Sequence record: SRR31156797_2820
Length of the DNA: 64,000 nucleotides
Strand: one strand, 5' to 3'
Both the position numbers and the translations under genes were made by a program. This document shows, in pieces, positions 19,678-28,733 of this stretch. Position 1 is the first letter of the stretch. The number at the start of each line of letters is the position of its first letter. The notes under the pieces were generated by a model. It was not told where the DNA came from, did no database searches, and saw only the letters and a program-made list of their open reading frames with translations.

Positions 19678-22600
19678 TTAAGCCGGAACACCTTTACCGT
19701 GACACTGCTTAAACTTCTTACCGCTTCCGCAAGGACAAGGCTCGTTACGTCCCACTTTCTGAACATTACGAACTGGTTCCGCTTTTTTAGGAGCTTCTTT
19801 TCTTCCGTCGGAACCTAACTCTTCCTTAGAAGTTTTTAAGTTACTCATATCACGCTTGCGTTCTTCTGCCTGACGAACTTCTTCAGGATCCTGCAATGGA
19901 ATATGACCTTTCATTAAGCTGGCAACCACTTTCTTGTTCACATCTTCAACCATTACTTTAAATAGGTTGAACGACTCAAACTTATAAATCAAAAGTGGAT
20001 CCTTTTGCTCGTATGACGCATTCTGAACCGATTGCTTCAGATCATCCATTTCACGCAAGTGCTCTTTCCACGAATCATCAATAGTAGCTAAAATAGAAAC
20101 CTTCTCGAAAGATCTCATTACATCTTCAGCTTCTGTTTCGTAAGCTTTCTTTAGATGAGTAACTACATTAAACATTTTAGAACCATCGGTAAATGGAACC
20201 ACAATGTTCTCATACATTTCCGCTTTCGATTCGTAAACATTCTTGATCACCGGATATGCTTGCTTGGCAATAGCTTCTGTTTTTCTAATATATGAATCAC
20301 GTACAACTTCATTGATCTTCTCAGCAATTACCTCAGGAGTTTCTTTTAAGAATTCCTCTTCAGTAACTGGAGATTCAATAGAAAAGGTACGAATCAAATC
20401 CATTTTGAACTCTTCAAAATCACCACCATGATTTTCATTGGCAATTACTTCAGAAACATCGTACATCATATTGGCAATATCAACCTGAATACGCTCTCCG
20501 AATAAGGCATGACGACGACGCTTGTAAATTACCTCACGCTGTGAGTTCATTACATCATCGTACTCCAATAAACGCTTACGAATACCAAAGTTATTCTCTT
20601 CCACTTTCTTCTGAGCACGCTCGATAGATTTGGTAATCATGCTATGCTGAATTACCTCACCTTCCTGAAGACCCATACGGTCCATTAACTTCACAATACG
20701 ATCGGAGCTAAACAGACGCATCAAATCATCTTCAAGAGATACAAAGAACTGAGAAGAACCTACATCTCCCTGACGACCTGCACGACCACGTAACTGACGG
20801 TCGACACGACGAGAATCGTGACGTTCCGTACCAATAATTGCCAAACCACCTGCTGCTTTCACTTCATCAGATAATTTAATATCGGTACCACGACCAGCCA
20901 TATTGGTTGCAATGGTTACGGTTCCTGCCTGACCTGCTTCAGCTACAATATCAGCCTCACGCTGGTGCAATTTCGCATTCAGTACGTTGTGTTTAATTCC
21001 GCGAATCTTAAGCATTCTACCTAACAATTCTGAAATCTCAACCGAAGTTGTACCTACCAATACCGGACGACCAGCATTAACCAGATCAACAATCTCATCG
21101 ATAACCGCAGCATATTTCTCACGCTTGGTTTTGTACACCAAATCATCACGGTCATCACGAGCGATAGGACGGTTGGTTGGAATTACAACCACCTCTAATT
21201 TATAAATATCCCACAATTCACCAGCTTCGGTTTCCGCAGTACCGGTCATACCCGAAAGCTTACTATACATTCTAAAGTAGTTCTGCAAAGTAATGGTAGC
21301 GAATGTTTGAGTCGCAGCCTCAATCTTCACACTCTCCTTAGCTTCAATTGCCTGGTGTAAACCGTCAGAATAACGACGACCTTCCATAATACGACCTGTC
21401 TGCTCGTCAACAATCTTCACCTTACCATCCATCAACACATACTCTACATCTTTCTCGAATAAGGTATATGCTTTCAACAGCTGATTTACCGTATGTACAC
21501 GTTCTGTTTTAACAGAATAAGACTGAATCATCTCATCCTTTTTTCTCAATTTTTCTTCATCAGGAAGATCAGACTTTTCAATATCATTAATTTCAGTTCC
21601 AATATCCGGCAATACAAAGAATCCTGTATCATCAGTATCAGCACTTAACAAATCAATACCTTTATCTGTTAATTCAATTGAGTTTTGTTTCTCATCAATC
21701 ACAAAAAACAGCTCATCAGTAATAATGTGCATGTTTTTGTTGTTCTCCTGCATGTAGAAGTTCTCAGTCTTTAATAAGGTAGCCTTATTCCCCTGCTCAC
21801 TTAAATACTTAATTAAAGGTTTCATTTTTGGTAAACCTTTAAAAGTTCTTAGCAATAGCTTCGCTCCTTCTTCGTGCTCCTTCTTATCTTCGCTATTCAA
21901 TAAACGTTTTGCATCGGTAAAAATTTTCATTACCAAATCGTTCTGAGCTTTCACGATTTTCTGAATCTGAGGCTTTAAAGAATCAAACTGCTGATCATCT
22001 CCTCTTGGAATAGGACCTGAAATAATCAAAGGTGTACGAGCATCATCAACCAATACAGAGTCAACCTCGTCGACAATTGAATAGTTGTGACGACGCTGAA
22101 CCAAATCCTTAGGATTGGTAGCCATATTATCACGCAAGTAGTCGAAACCAAATTCGTTATTGGTACCAAAAGTAATATCCGAAGCATAAGCTTTTCTACG
22201 CTCATCTGAATTTGGAGAGTGCTTATCGATACAGTCCACAGATAAACCGTGGAATTGATACAATGGTCCCATCCATTCCGAGTCACGCTTAGCCAGGTAA
22301 TCATTCACAGTTACTACGTGAACACCACGTCCGGTTAATGCATTTAGGAATACAGGTAAGGTTGCCACTAAGGTTTTACCCTCACCCGTTGCCATCTCGG
22401 CAATTTTACCCTGATGAAGAACAGTACCACCAATCAACTGTACATCATAGTGAATCATGTTCCAGGTCACTTCTGTACCACCAGCAGTCCATGAATTGAA
22501 GAACACAGCTTTATCGCCATCAATTTGCACATTGTCGAAATGTGGAGCCAAATCGCGGTCGAATTGAGTTGCTGTCACTTCAATTTCTTCATTCTCGGTT

Positions 22601-22971
22601 AATCTTCGGGCAGTATCTTTAACAACAGCAAAAGCAGTAGGAAGAATCTCTTCCAAAACCTCTTCTATTTTCCCATCAATCTGCTCTTCTATCTTATCGA
22701 TTTTATCGTAAGTTTCTTCTTTCTCGTTTACAGTAAGACCACCATTCTCGATCTTATCTTTTAAAGCAGTTACCTGATCAGCTTCAGCCTGCACATAATC
22801 TTTAATGCGCTGCTTTAACTTCTCAGATTCCTCACGAATACCATCGTGACTCAATTGCTTCACTCTGTCGTATTCTGCGGTAATTTTCCCCAAATAAGGA
22901 GACAACTCTTTTAAGTCTCTGTCTGATTTGTTCCCAAACAGTTTGCCTAATGTTTTATTTATAAAACTCAT
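19678..22971 (-). CDS. secA: Preprotein translocase ATPase SecA
   Basis: [66 protein letters not shown] tail [19 protein letters not shown]. Confidence 0.99.
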   Translation of the reverse strand: MSFINKTLGKLFGNKSDRDLKELSPYLGKITAEYDRVKQLSHDGIREESEKLKQRIKDYVQAEADQVTALKDKIENGGLTVNEKEETYDKIDKIEEQIDGKIEEVLEEILPTAFAVVKDTARRLTENEEIEVTATQFDRDLAPHFDNVQIDGDKAVFFNSWTAGGTEVTWNMIHYDVQLIGGTVLHQGKIAEMATGEGKTLVATLPVFLNALTGRGVHVVTVNDYLAKRDSEWMGPLYQFHGLSVDCIDKHSPNSDERRKAYASDITFGTNNEFGFDYLRDNMATNPKDLVQRRHNYSIVDEVDSVLVDDARTPLIISGPIPRGDDQQFDSLKPQIQKIVKAQNDLVMKIFTDAKRLLNSEDKKEHEEGAKLLLRTFKGLPKMKPLIKYLSEQGNKATLLKTENFYMQENNKNMHIITDELFFVIDEKQNSIELTDKGIDLLSADTDDTGFFVLPDIGTEINDIEKSDLPDEEKLRKKDEMIQSYSVKTERVHTVNQLLKAYTLFEKDVEYVLMDGKVKIVDEQTGRIMEGRRYSDGLHQAIEAKESVKIEAATQTFATITLQNYFRMYSKLSGMTGTAETEAGELWDIYKLEVVVIPTNRPIARDDRDDLVYKTKREKYAAVIDEIVDLVNAGRPVLVGTTSVEISELLGRMLKIRGIKHNVLNAKLHQREADIVAEAGQAGTVTIATNMAGRGTDIKLSDEVKAAGGLAIIGTERHDSRRVDRQLRGRAGRQGDVGSSQFFVSLEDDLMRLFSSDRIVKLMDRMGLQEGEVIQHSMITKSIERAQKKVEENNFGIRKRLLEYDDVMNSQREVIYKRRRHALFGERIQVDIANMMYDVSEVIANENHGGDFEEFKMDLIRTFSIESPVTEEEFLKETPEVIAEKINEVVRDSYIRKTEAIAKQAYPVIKNVYESKAEMYENIVVPFTDGSKMFNVVTHLKKAYETEAEDVMRSFEKVSILATIDDSWKEHLREMDDLKQSVQNASYEQKDPLLIYKFESFNLFKVMVEDVNKKVVASLMKGHIPLQDPEEVRQAEERKRDMSNLKTSKEELGSDGRKEAPKKAEPVRNVQKVGRNEPCPCGSGKKFKQCHGKGVPA

Positions 22972-23074
22972 CTTGATGTATTGATTTCAATATGTAAATG
23001 CACCCAAAAGCATTGAGATGCAAGGTATTTGTACGTTAACTAATAAAATTGCCCGAATTTGGGCTTTTGAAATG

Positions 23075-23467
23075 TTAGCAAAGAATGCCGGGAGCACGAA
23101 TATGAGTATCGCCCTCAGGTATTTGATTGTAGTAAACTTCGGAATAAGCACTCACTCCTCTATACTCTTCAGGTAAAGGATGATTGAGCAAGAATTTCTT
23201 TTGATTTAAGGCAGGGATTTTAGGTAAATTATCCAGAACTGATAGTTCTTCGGTATTCGAAAAACATGTTCCGGCAATTTGCTCCTGCTCCACTTGCACC
23301 AATATTGGTGAAGAAAAAGATTCATCGAAGTCCTGAATATGATTTGCATACCATTCTGCAAACAGTTGCTGATCCACTGCAAACTCCTGACCATTGGCGG
23401 TAGGCACAGCGGCTGCACAACCTGTGAGCACACAAAAAACTACTATGAGGTATCTATTCATATCCAT
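23075..23467 (-). CDS. Exported uORF upstream of secA; putative SecM-like translation arrest (secretion monitor) peptide
   Basis: N-terminal signal peptide MDMNRYLIVVFCVLTGCAAAVPTANG; C-terminus ...EGDTHIRAPGILC*; co-oriented 103 nt upstream of secA. Confidence 0.72.
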   Translation of the reverse strand: MDMNRYLIVVFCVLTGCAAAVPTANGQEFAVDQQLFAEWYANHIQDFDESFSSPILVQVEQEQIAGTCFSNTEELSVLDNLPKIPALNQKKFLLNHPLPEEYRGVSAYSEVYYNQIPEGDTHIRAPGILC

Positions 23468-23473
23468 CGACAC

Positions 23474-23481
23474 CAAAAGTA
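23474..23481 (-). promoter_or_regulatory. Sigma-A -7 element for the uORF-secA transcript
   Basis: TACTTTTG on the minus strand 6 nt upstream of the ATG at 23467; overlaps the TTG start chosen by the ORF track. Confidence 0.65.
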
Positions 23482-23544
23482 GAAATTTTTATTTGTTTGA
23501 AGCCTTATTTTATGAAAATAATTTTACCAAAAGCACACTTGCGT

Positions 23545-24054
23545 TTAATATAACTTGTTCTGACCATTTCGATCAAACTCTTCTTGCCCTATAATCTGTC
23601 CATTAATACTGGTTGTATCCCAATCCTGAACAATTTTCCAAGTTCCAGATATCTTCTTAAGAACAATATGAAATTGCCCATAATGAATGGAAGTTTCATT
23701 TTTTGAAGTGGTTGAAATTCTATAAAAGCCCACTTCATATGATGTATCCGCATTGGTATGTCTGCTTTCAAACCAAAAATCGAGCTTTACCTTCGCAGAC
23801 TTCTCTCTTAGCATTTGAAATCTTTCAATGTTCTTCGCTTTGAATAAATTTTGAGTATCAATTCCATTGGGAGTTACACGTAAGCTTTCATCTGCATAAA
23901 TTGCATTTAAAGACTTCGCATCAATGGTTTCAAATGCAGCTTTGAATTCATGCCACACTTTATGGTCGATTTCCGTTTGTATACTTTCCATATTGGTTTG
24001 AGCTGATATGATCACAGAGGAAAGCATGAATAATACAATGGCAATAATTCTCAT
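23545..24054 (-). CDS. Exported NTF2-like (DUF4440/SnoaL-like) protein
   Basis: Signal peptide; SYEVGFYRI, YGQFHIVLKKISGTWKIVQDWD NTF2-fold ending. Confidence 0.75.
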   Translation of the reverse strand: MRIIAIVLFMLSSVIISAQTNMESIQTEIDHKVWHEFKAAFETIDAKSLNAIYADESLRVTPNGIDTQNLFKAKNIERFQMLREKSAKVKLDFWFESRHTNADTSYEVGFYRISTTSKNETSIHYGQFHIVLKKISGTWKIVQDWDTTSINGQIIGQEEFDRNGQNKLY

Positions 24055-24186
24055 GGTAAAAGATTTTCCCCTAAAGATAATTTCTTTCTAACACAAAAGC
24101 GCATCTGAAATTGACCAAGAAATTCTAAAAAAGGATGCCAATGAACTCTAGCAGACATCCTTATCCATTTTATTTCGAGTTCATAC

Positions 24187-24687
24187 TTATTCTGAGGTAC
24201 TTCTGGAACGCATAGCATTATCCATGATATACATTCCTTCTCCCTTGGCATCGAACATCTTCAATTGGTCTAATAGCTCACTAACTGTCGCTTCTTCTTC
24301 CACCTGTTCGGTAACAAACCAATTCAGGAATATCTTAGTTGCATGATCTTTTTCTGCATTCGCAATATCAACACATTCATTAATTAGCTCTGTTACTTTT
24401 AATTCATGCTTGTAGGTTTCTTCAAAAACATCTACAACACCTTTCCAGTCATGTGGGACCGATGGAATTTGTTCCAGAAGCACTCTTCCACCTCTTTCAT
24501 TCACGTAATTTAGCATTCTCATAGCATGACCAGCCTCCTCTTGTCCTTGAATCTGCATCCAATGAGCAAAGCCAGGATATCCTAAATCAGTAAGATAATT
24601 CGACATGGATAAATACAGATATGCAGACCAAAATTCCATATTAATTTGCTTATTTAACACCTTTTCAACCTTCTTCTTGATGATCAT
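24187..24687 (-). CDS. ftnA: Non-heme ferritin (paralogue 2)
   Basis: LNKQINMEFWSAYLYLSM, QGQEEAGHA, HELKVT, FLNWFVTEQVEEE ferroxidase motifs. Confidence 0.93.
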   Translation of the reverse strand: MIIKKKVEKVLNKQINMEFWSAYLYLSMSNYLTDLGYPGFAHWMQIQGQEEAGHAMRMLNYVNERGGRVLLEQIPSVPHDWKGVVDVFEETYKHELKVTELINECVDIANAEKDHATKIFLNWFVTEQVEEEATVSELLDQLKMFDAKGEGMYIMDNAMRSRSTSE

Positions 24688-24732
24688 CTTGTTTAATTTT
24701 TGTTAGACATAAAAATACACCTAAGAAGTTAC

Positions 24733-24760
24733 AAAAAAAGCCCCACAAATGTGAGGCTTT
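24733..24760 (-). terminator. Intrinsic terminator between the two ferritin genes
   Basis: aaaaaaagccccac-aaat-gtgaggcttt. Confidence 0.7.
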
Positions 24761-24781
24761 AATCTATTTTATAATGAAATA

Positions 24782-25294
24782 TTAAGCGTTAGCAGGAGCA
24801 ACAAAAGCTCTTGTTTTAAACTCTTTGTCAAGCATGTATAAGCCTTGTCCTTCGCAATTGATCATTTTTAATTGATCGATAATTTCACCAACACCAGCTT
24901 CTTCTTCCACCTGCTCATCAACGAACCATTGTAAGAAGTTTACTGTTGCGTGATCTTTCTCCTGAATAGCAACATTCATGCATCCGTTGATTAAACTTGT
25001 TACCTTTTCTTCGTGTGCCAATGTCTCTTCATAAATATTTAAAACACCATCCCACTCAGAAGGAACCTCAGCAATTGGCTCCAAAATTACTCTTCCACCA
25101 CGCTCGTTCACATAATCCAACATCTTCATTGCGTGGAAAGTTTCTTCTTCGAACTGAACTTTCATCCAGTTAGCGAAACCTGGCATTCCGTTCGCATTAA
25201 AATAGTTCGACATTGAAAGGTAAAAATACGCCGACCAAAATTCAGCATTGATCTGCTCATTCAAAATCTTCTCTACATTTTTATTGATAGCCAT
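24782..25294 (-). CDS. ftnA: Non-heme ferritin (paralogue 1)
   Basis: LNEQINAEFWSAYFYLSM, QFEEETFHA, HEEKVT, FLQWFVDEQVEEE. Confidence 0.95.
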   Translation of the reverse strand: MAINKNVEKILNEQINAEFWSAYFYLSMSNYFNANGMPGFANWMKVQFEEETFHAMKMLDYVNERGGRVILEPIAEVPSEWDGVLNIYEETLAHEEKVTSLINGCMNVAIQEKDHATVNFLQWFVDEQVEEEAGVGEIIDQLKMINCEGQGLYMLDKEFKTRAFVAPANA

Positions 25295-25329
25295 AATGTA
25301 TAATCTTTTTTGTGTGTTCTAATTTCCTT

Positions 25330-25337
25330 CAAAAATA
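25330..25337 (-). promoter_or_regulatory. Sigma-A -7 element for ferritin
   Basis: TATTTTTG on the minus strand. Confidence 0.6.
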
Positions 25338-25382
25338 CAAGAAATCTAGTATTCCTTATTTTTTATCCATCAATTTTATGCT

Positions 25383-25403
25383 TATTTAAACTGAAACTAA
25401 ATA
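25383..25403. promoter_or_regulatory. Candidate iron-regulator box upstream of the ferritin promoter
   Basis: TATTTA-N9-TAAATA inverted repeat; related site at 27027-27047. Confidence 0.5.
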
Positions 25404-25637
25404 CTGAAATAGAAAGAGCAGAATACAAGTATCTGCATTTAGAACAATTGAATCTTAAAAAAGTTTATAATCAGCAAAATACATTGAATCCAACATGCTC
25501 CATTAGCAAAAAAAATACCTCAATAGAATCTAATCTAAGGAGGTATTCAAACTTAAACTGCAGAAATACTATGCTTCGAGACTACATAGGTCTACAAACT
25601 CAAAAATCAAATAATCCACTACTGGATAACACAAATT

Positions 25638-25781
25638 TTAAACTTTATTGGGGTTCTTACCGGCAGAACAATCTGTTACTTCTGCTCTTTTTATCATCCA
25701 TTCTTCAACGAATAAGGACATCCCATTTACGGATTGCACTCTAATACTTGATTGATCTTTCTTCACCGATAATACTTTCAT
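25638..25781 (-). CDS. Putative 47-aa small protein
   Basis: MKVLSVKKDQSSIRVQSVNGMSLFVEEWMIKRAEVTDCSAGKNPNKV*; co-oriented with neighbours in an otherwise empty 690-nt gap. Confidence 0.35.
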   Translation of the reverse strand: MKVLSVKKDQSSIRVQSVNGMSLFVEEWMIKRAEVTDCSAGKNPNKV

Positions 25782-25901
25782 GACAAATTGTTTTTAGGTA
25801 TCAATTTTATTTTACAGTAACAAAGAAAGCGAGTTGTAAACTCCCTCACAATCCCAATATATAATGATTTTACCGAGCTTTTAATTGCAATTAGAGGAAA
25901 C

Positions 25902-25944
25902 AAAAAAAAACTCACCAAAGTGTAGCAAACTACCTTAGGTGAGT
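25902..25944 (-). terminator. Intrinsic terminator after DUF2023
   Basis: A9 followed by the ctcacc...ggtgag hairpin. Confidence 0.7.
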
Positions 25945-25981
25945 ATAGAATTAATAGCGAAAGAAAAAATCCTGATTTTAT

Positions 25982-26368
25982 CTATCCAGCAAGTTGCGAT
26001 TCCACTACTTCTAAACCGATTCCTTTTCGTTTGATGTATCTATCGTATTGCTGGCTTCTATCATAGCCAAGCATAATGCCCAAAATAAAATCCTGTTCAT
26101 CGCTAAAATCCGATAAGGATTGATCTCCAAAAGATTGAACGATTTGAATGCACTCCTCTTTCCCAAAAAACACATTGATTTTGTTCGCACTCACATTCTG
26201 TAGAAAATAGCTGATCCCCTTTCGTTTCAGCAAGTTCTCGGTTTTATCTCTTTCATTACTACTCATGGTGTGCAAAACCAAGCTTCTTAAGCCTTTATTG
26301 TACTCGTAAACGTGGTGAATCAGTATCTGCATGTCAGCAGTTTTATAATCGGCGCAAGTTAGTTTCAT
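25982..26368 (-). CDS. DUF2023 family protein
   Basis: HHVYEYNKGLRSLVLHT, INVFFGKEECI, SDEQDFILGIMLGYD; sits downstream of flavodoxin. Confidence 0.85.
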   Translation of the reverse strand: MKLTCADYKTADMQILIHHVYEYNKGLRSLVLHTMSSNERDKTENLLKRKGISYFLQNVSANKINVFFGKEECIQIVQSFGDQSLSDFSDEQDFILGIMLGYDRSQQYDRYIKRKGIGLEVVESQLAG

Positions 26369-26511
26369 CTGTTTGTATTTTCTTCGGATTGTCTATAATT
26401 TAAATAGCTAGTAAATTGGAAAGTGGCAAGTAAATTCTTCACTCCGGTCCTGAATTGAAACAAACAAAACACAGGCTACAGCATCGAAATTTACCTGCTC
26501 TTTCACCAAAC

Positions 26512-27018
26512 CTAATTAAACTGATTGCTTAGCTGTTCTGCCCACGATTTCAATCTTGAAGCAGTAAGTTCGTCCTGATTATCGGCATCGAGAGCCAAAC
26601 CTACCAGCTGACCTTCTTTCTCCGCTCTACTGCTGTCGTACTCGTATCCTTCTGTTGGTATCTCACCAATTAACTCACAGGATTTGTCTTCCAGCAATTC
26701 GTAAATCTCACCCATTCCATCCACAAAAGAATCGGAGTAGGAATACTGGTCACCCAAACCGTAAATAGCCAGTTTTTTACCACTCAAATTGGCATTTGAT
26801 AGTTCAGATAAAAAGTCTTCGAAATCGTCTTGCAGATCTCCAATACCCCAAGTTGATGTTCCGAGAATGATATTCGAGAAGTTTTCAAGGTCGGCTGATT
26901 TGGCTTCTGCCACATCAAATGTCTCCACCTTGTCTTCGCCCAACTCTTGTTGCAATTGCTTTGCCACTGCTTCGGTATTACCGGTTGACGAACCGTAAAA
27001 AATTCCTATGTTTTGCAT
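26512..27018 (-). CDS. fldA: Long-chain flavodoxin
   Basis: IGIFYGSSTGNTE, ILGTSTWGIGDLQDD, YGLGDQYSYSDSFVDGMG, GLALDADNQ; start set at MQNIGIF. Confidence 0.95.
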   Translation of the reverse strand: MQNIGIFYGSSTGNTEAVAKQLQQELGEDKVETFDVAEAKSADLENFSNIILGTSTWGIGDLQDDFEDFLSELSNANLSGKKLAIYGLGDQYSYSDSFVDGMGEIYELLEDKSCELIGEIPTEGYEYDSSRAEKEGQLVGLALDADNQDELTASRLKSWAEQLSNQFN

Positions 27019-27026
27019 CTTGTTTT

Positions 27027-27055
27027 TATTTAGATTGATTACAAACACAAAAGTA
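27027..27055 (-). promoter_or_regulatory. fldA -7 element (27048-27055) with an adjacent candidate iron-regulator box (27027-27047)
   Basis: TACTTTTG on the minus strand; TATTTA-GATTGATTA-CAAACA between it and the ATG. Confidence 0.55.
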
Positions 27056-27246
27056 AGAGCGCAACACATACCTGTCAATCACTATTTGTTATGATTTGTG
27101 AGTTATGGAGTATTTTTGATTGGAAATGATAAAATCGAGGTTTACACATCTCGGATTTTCTTGTTAGCTGTGTTTTTTGAATTCTATTCGTACCACATAT
27201 TGAACAGATTACTTCGTCCTTCCTCCCGCAACTTGATGATTCCCGA

Positions 27247-27279
27247 ACATGACAAACATCTTCAAGATGCTTGTCATGT
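27247..27279. repeat. REP-like 33-bp palindrome
   Basis: acatgacaa-a-catctt-c-aagatg-c-ttgtcatgt; no U-tract. Confidence 0.5.
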
Positions 27280-27383
27280 ACTCTGCTCAACAGACAAACC
27301 TGCTGTCTGATCAGGAAGTACTAATTTAAGATAGGCTAGCATTTCATCACAAATTGGTCCTTGTGGTATAATAGTTAGGGAAC

Positions 27384-27410
27384 AAAAAAGCCTCCTGGAA
27401 TGGGAGGCTT
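27384..27410 (-). terminator. Intrinsic terminator
   Basis: aaaaaagcctcct-ggaat-gggaggctt. Confidence 0.75.
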
Positions 27411-27460
27411 CTACATATACTTAAAGTTTTATTGTCTTACTTTACATTATTCACATTCAA

Positions 27461-27853
27461 TCATTTGGATAAATACATCAACTTGTAAATTTCCTCTACA
27501 CCAAATAAAACACAAAGTGAAATAATAGCTACAATTGCCATAATAGCAGGGTTTTCTATTGATCCTTTATCGATAAACGCCCAAATAAATCCAATTAAAA
27601 CAAAAGTATTGACGATTAAGAAAATATAAATAGGTATCCTATTTTTTATTGTTTGATTCACAATTTGCTTCCAACCGCTAATAATCAAAAACAAACCATA
27701 ATATTCCATAATCGACAAAACAATTACAAATCCAATAATATTACCTAGATCACCAGACTTAAGATTATTAATTAGCCAAATCCCAGCAAAACACGACAGA
27801 CCACCTATTAAAACCCTAATTATTCCTGATATTTTATTGATTACTCTTTTCAT
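27461..27853 (-). CDS. Hypothetical 4-TM membrane protein
   Basis: 130-aa ORF with four hydrophobic segments, 13 nt downstream of the GldM-like gene. Confidence 0.6.
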   Translation of the reverse strand: MKRVINKISGIIRVLIGGLSCFAGIWLINNLKSGDLGNIIGFVIVLSIMEYYGLFLIISGWKQIVNQTIKNRIPIYIFLIVNTFVLIGFIWAFIDKGSIENPAIMAIVAIISLCVLFGVEEIYKLMYLSK

Positions 27854-27866
27854 TAGTTATAAATCT

Positions 27867-28622
27867 TTATTCAACAATAAAACTTTGTTCAAAATCAAGC
27901 TCTATTGTCATTCCATCCTCTCTAGGCCAAATCACACTACCACCCCAGCTCTGGACTCCTCTTTTATTTGTTTTAAACTTTACTTTACCTTCACCGCAAG
28001 AACCATAACCAACAAACCCCTTCTCAATTTTATAAATCGGATGTCGAGTTGTGTCCATAGCTACCAACATAACTCTGGCTTCATAAGTTTCACCCAATTT
28101 AAGTTTATCTCTATAAGAAAGAATTATAGGACGAATGTGATTAAACTTGAAGTCATTTTCCGACATTTCATCCAACAAGTTTCTTACCAAGAAACTCTGA
28201 AAAGTTTTCAGATACAAAACAAGCAGCTCTTTCTCTTCCCTACTTTGCGATTTACTTGTAAATAATTCATTAATACTAGCTTTACACTTCCTAAACTCTT
28301 CATCTAAGGATCTATTATAATTCGGCAAGCTAACATGTTTATAATATTCATGCACTTTCGCTTTGCTTATTTCATCATTTATAAACCCTGGACGAAGCAA
28401 TTCTTCTTCTAATGCATTAAATCTTTTTCTTAAGGCTTGAACATATAAAAAAAGATCTTCGTACTTCACTGGGTTTGTAGCGTAATGCACATCTATATCA
28501 CTCAATGTATTTAAGTATTGAAACTCTATAAAATCTTTTTGCAAATCGATCTGTTTCTGCAAATTCGGTTTTTGACTGCATCCTAATAGAAAAAGGATAA
28601 ATAAAATGAATAAGTGTTTCAT
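27867..28622 (-). CDS. Truncated GldM/PorM-like lipoprotein
   Basis: Lipobox LLGC; DFKFNHIRPII...LGETYEARVMLVAMDTT...GEGKVKF...GVQSWGGSV...DFEQSFIVE resembles the GldM/PorM D1-D2 region; ends before D3/D4. Confidence 0.6.
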   Translation of the reverse strand: MKHLFILFILFLLGCSQKPNLQKQIDLQKDFIEFQYLNTLSDIDVHYATNPVKYEDLFLYVQALRKRFNALEEELLRPGFINDEISKAKVHEYYKHVSLPNYNRSLDEEFRKCKASINELFTSKSQSREEKELLVLYLKTFQSFLVRNLLDEMSENDFKFNHIRPIILSYRDKLKLGETYEARVMLVAMDTTRHPIYKIEKGFVGYGSCGEGKVKFKTNKRGVQSWGGSVIWPREDGMTIELDFEQSFIVE

Positions 28623-28733
28623 AAATTGTAAGTTGATTCCACTCAAGTGACATAAATTAATTTTGATAAATCAAATATAAACTTAAGTCAACTTATTTTG
28701 GTATACAATATGATTTATTATTTTTGATTAATA

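Noticed and set aside
24187-25294. Tandem ferritins as a novel system in themselves
   Set aside because: Both are ordinary ferritins with intact ferroxidase residues; only the shared regulatory motif is reported
25310-25744. 144-aa plus-strand ORF in the track
   Set aside because: TTG start, opposite to all neighbours, overlaps the ferritin promoter, no recognisable motif; likely spurious
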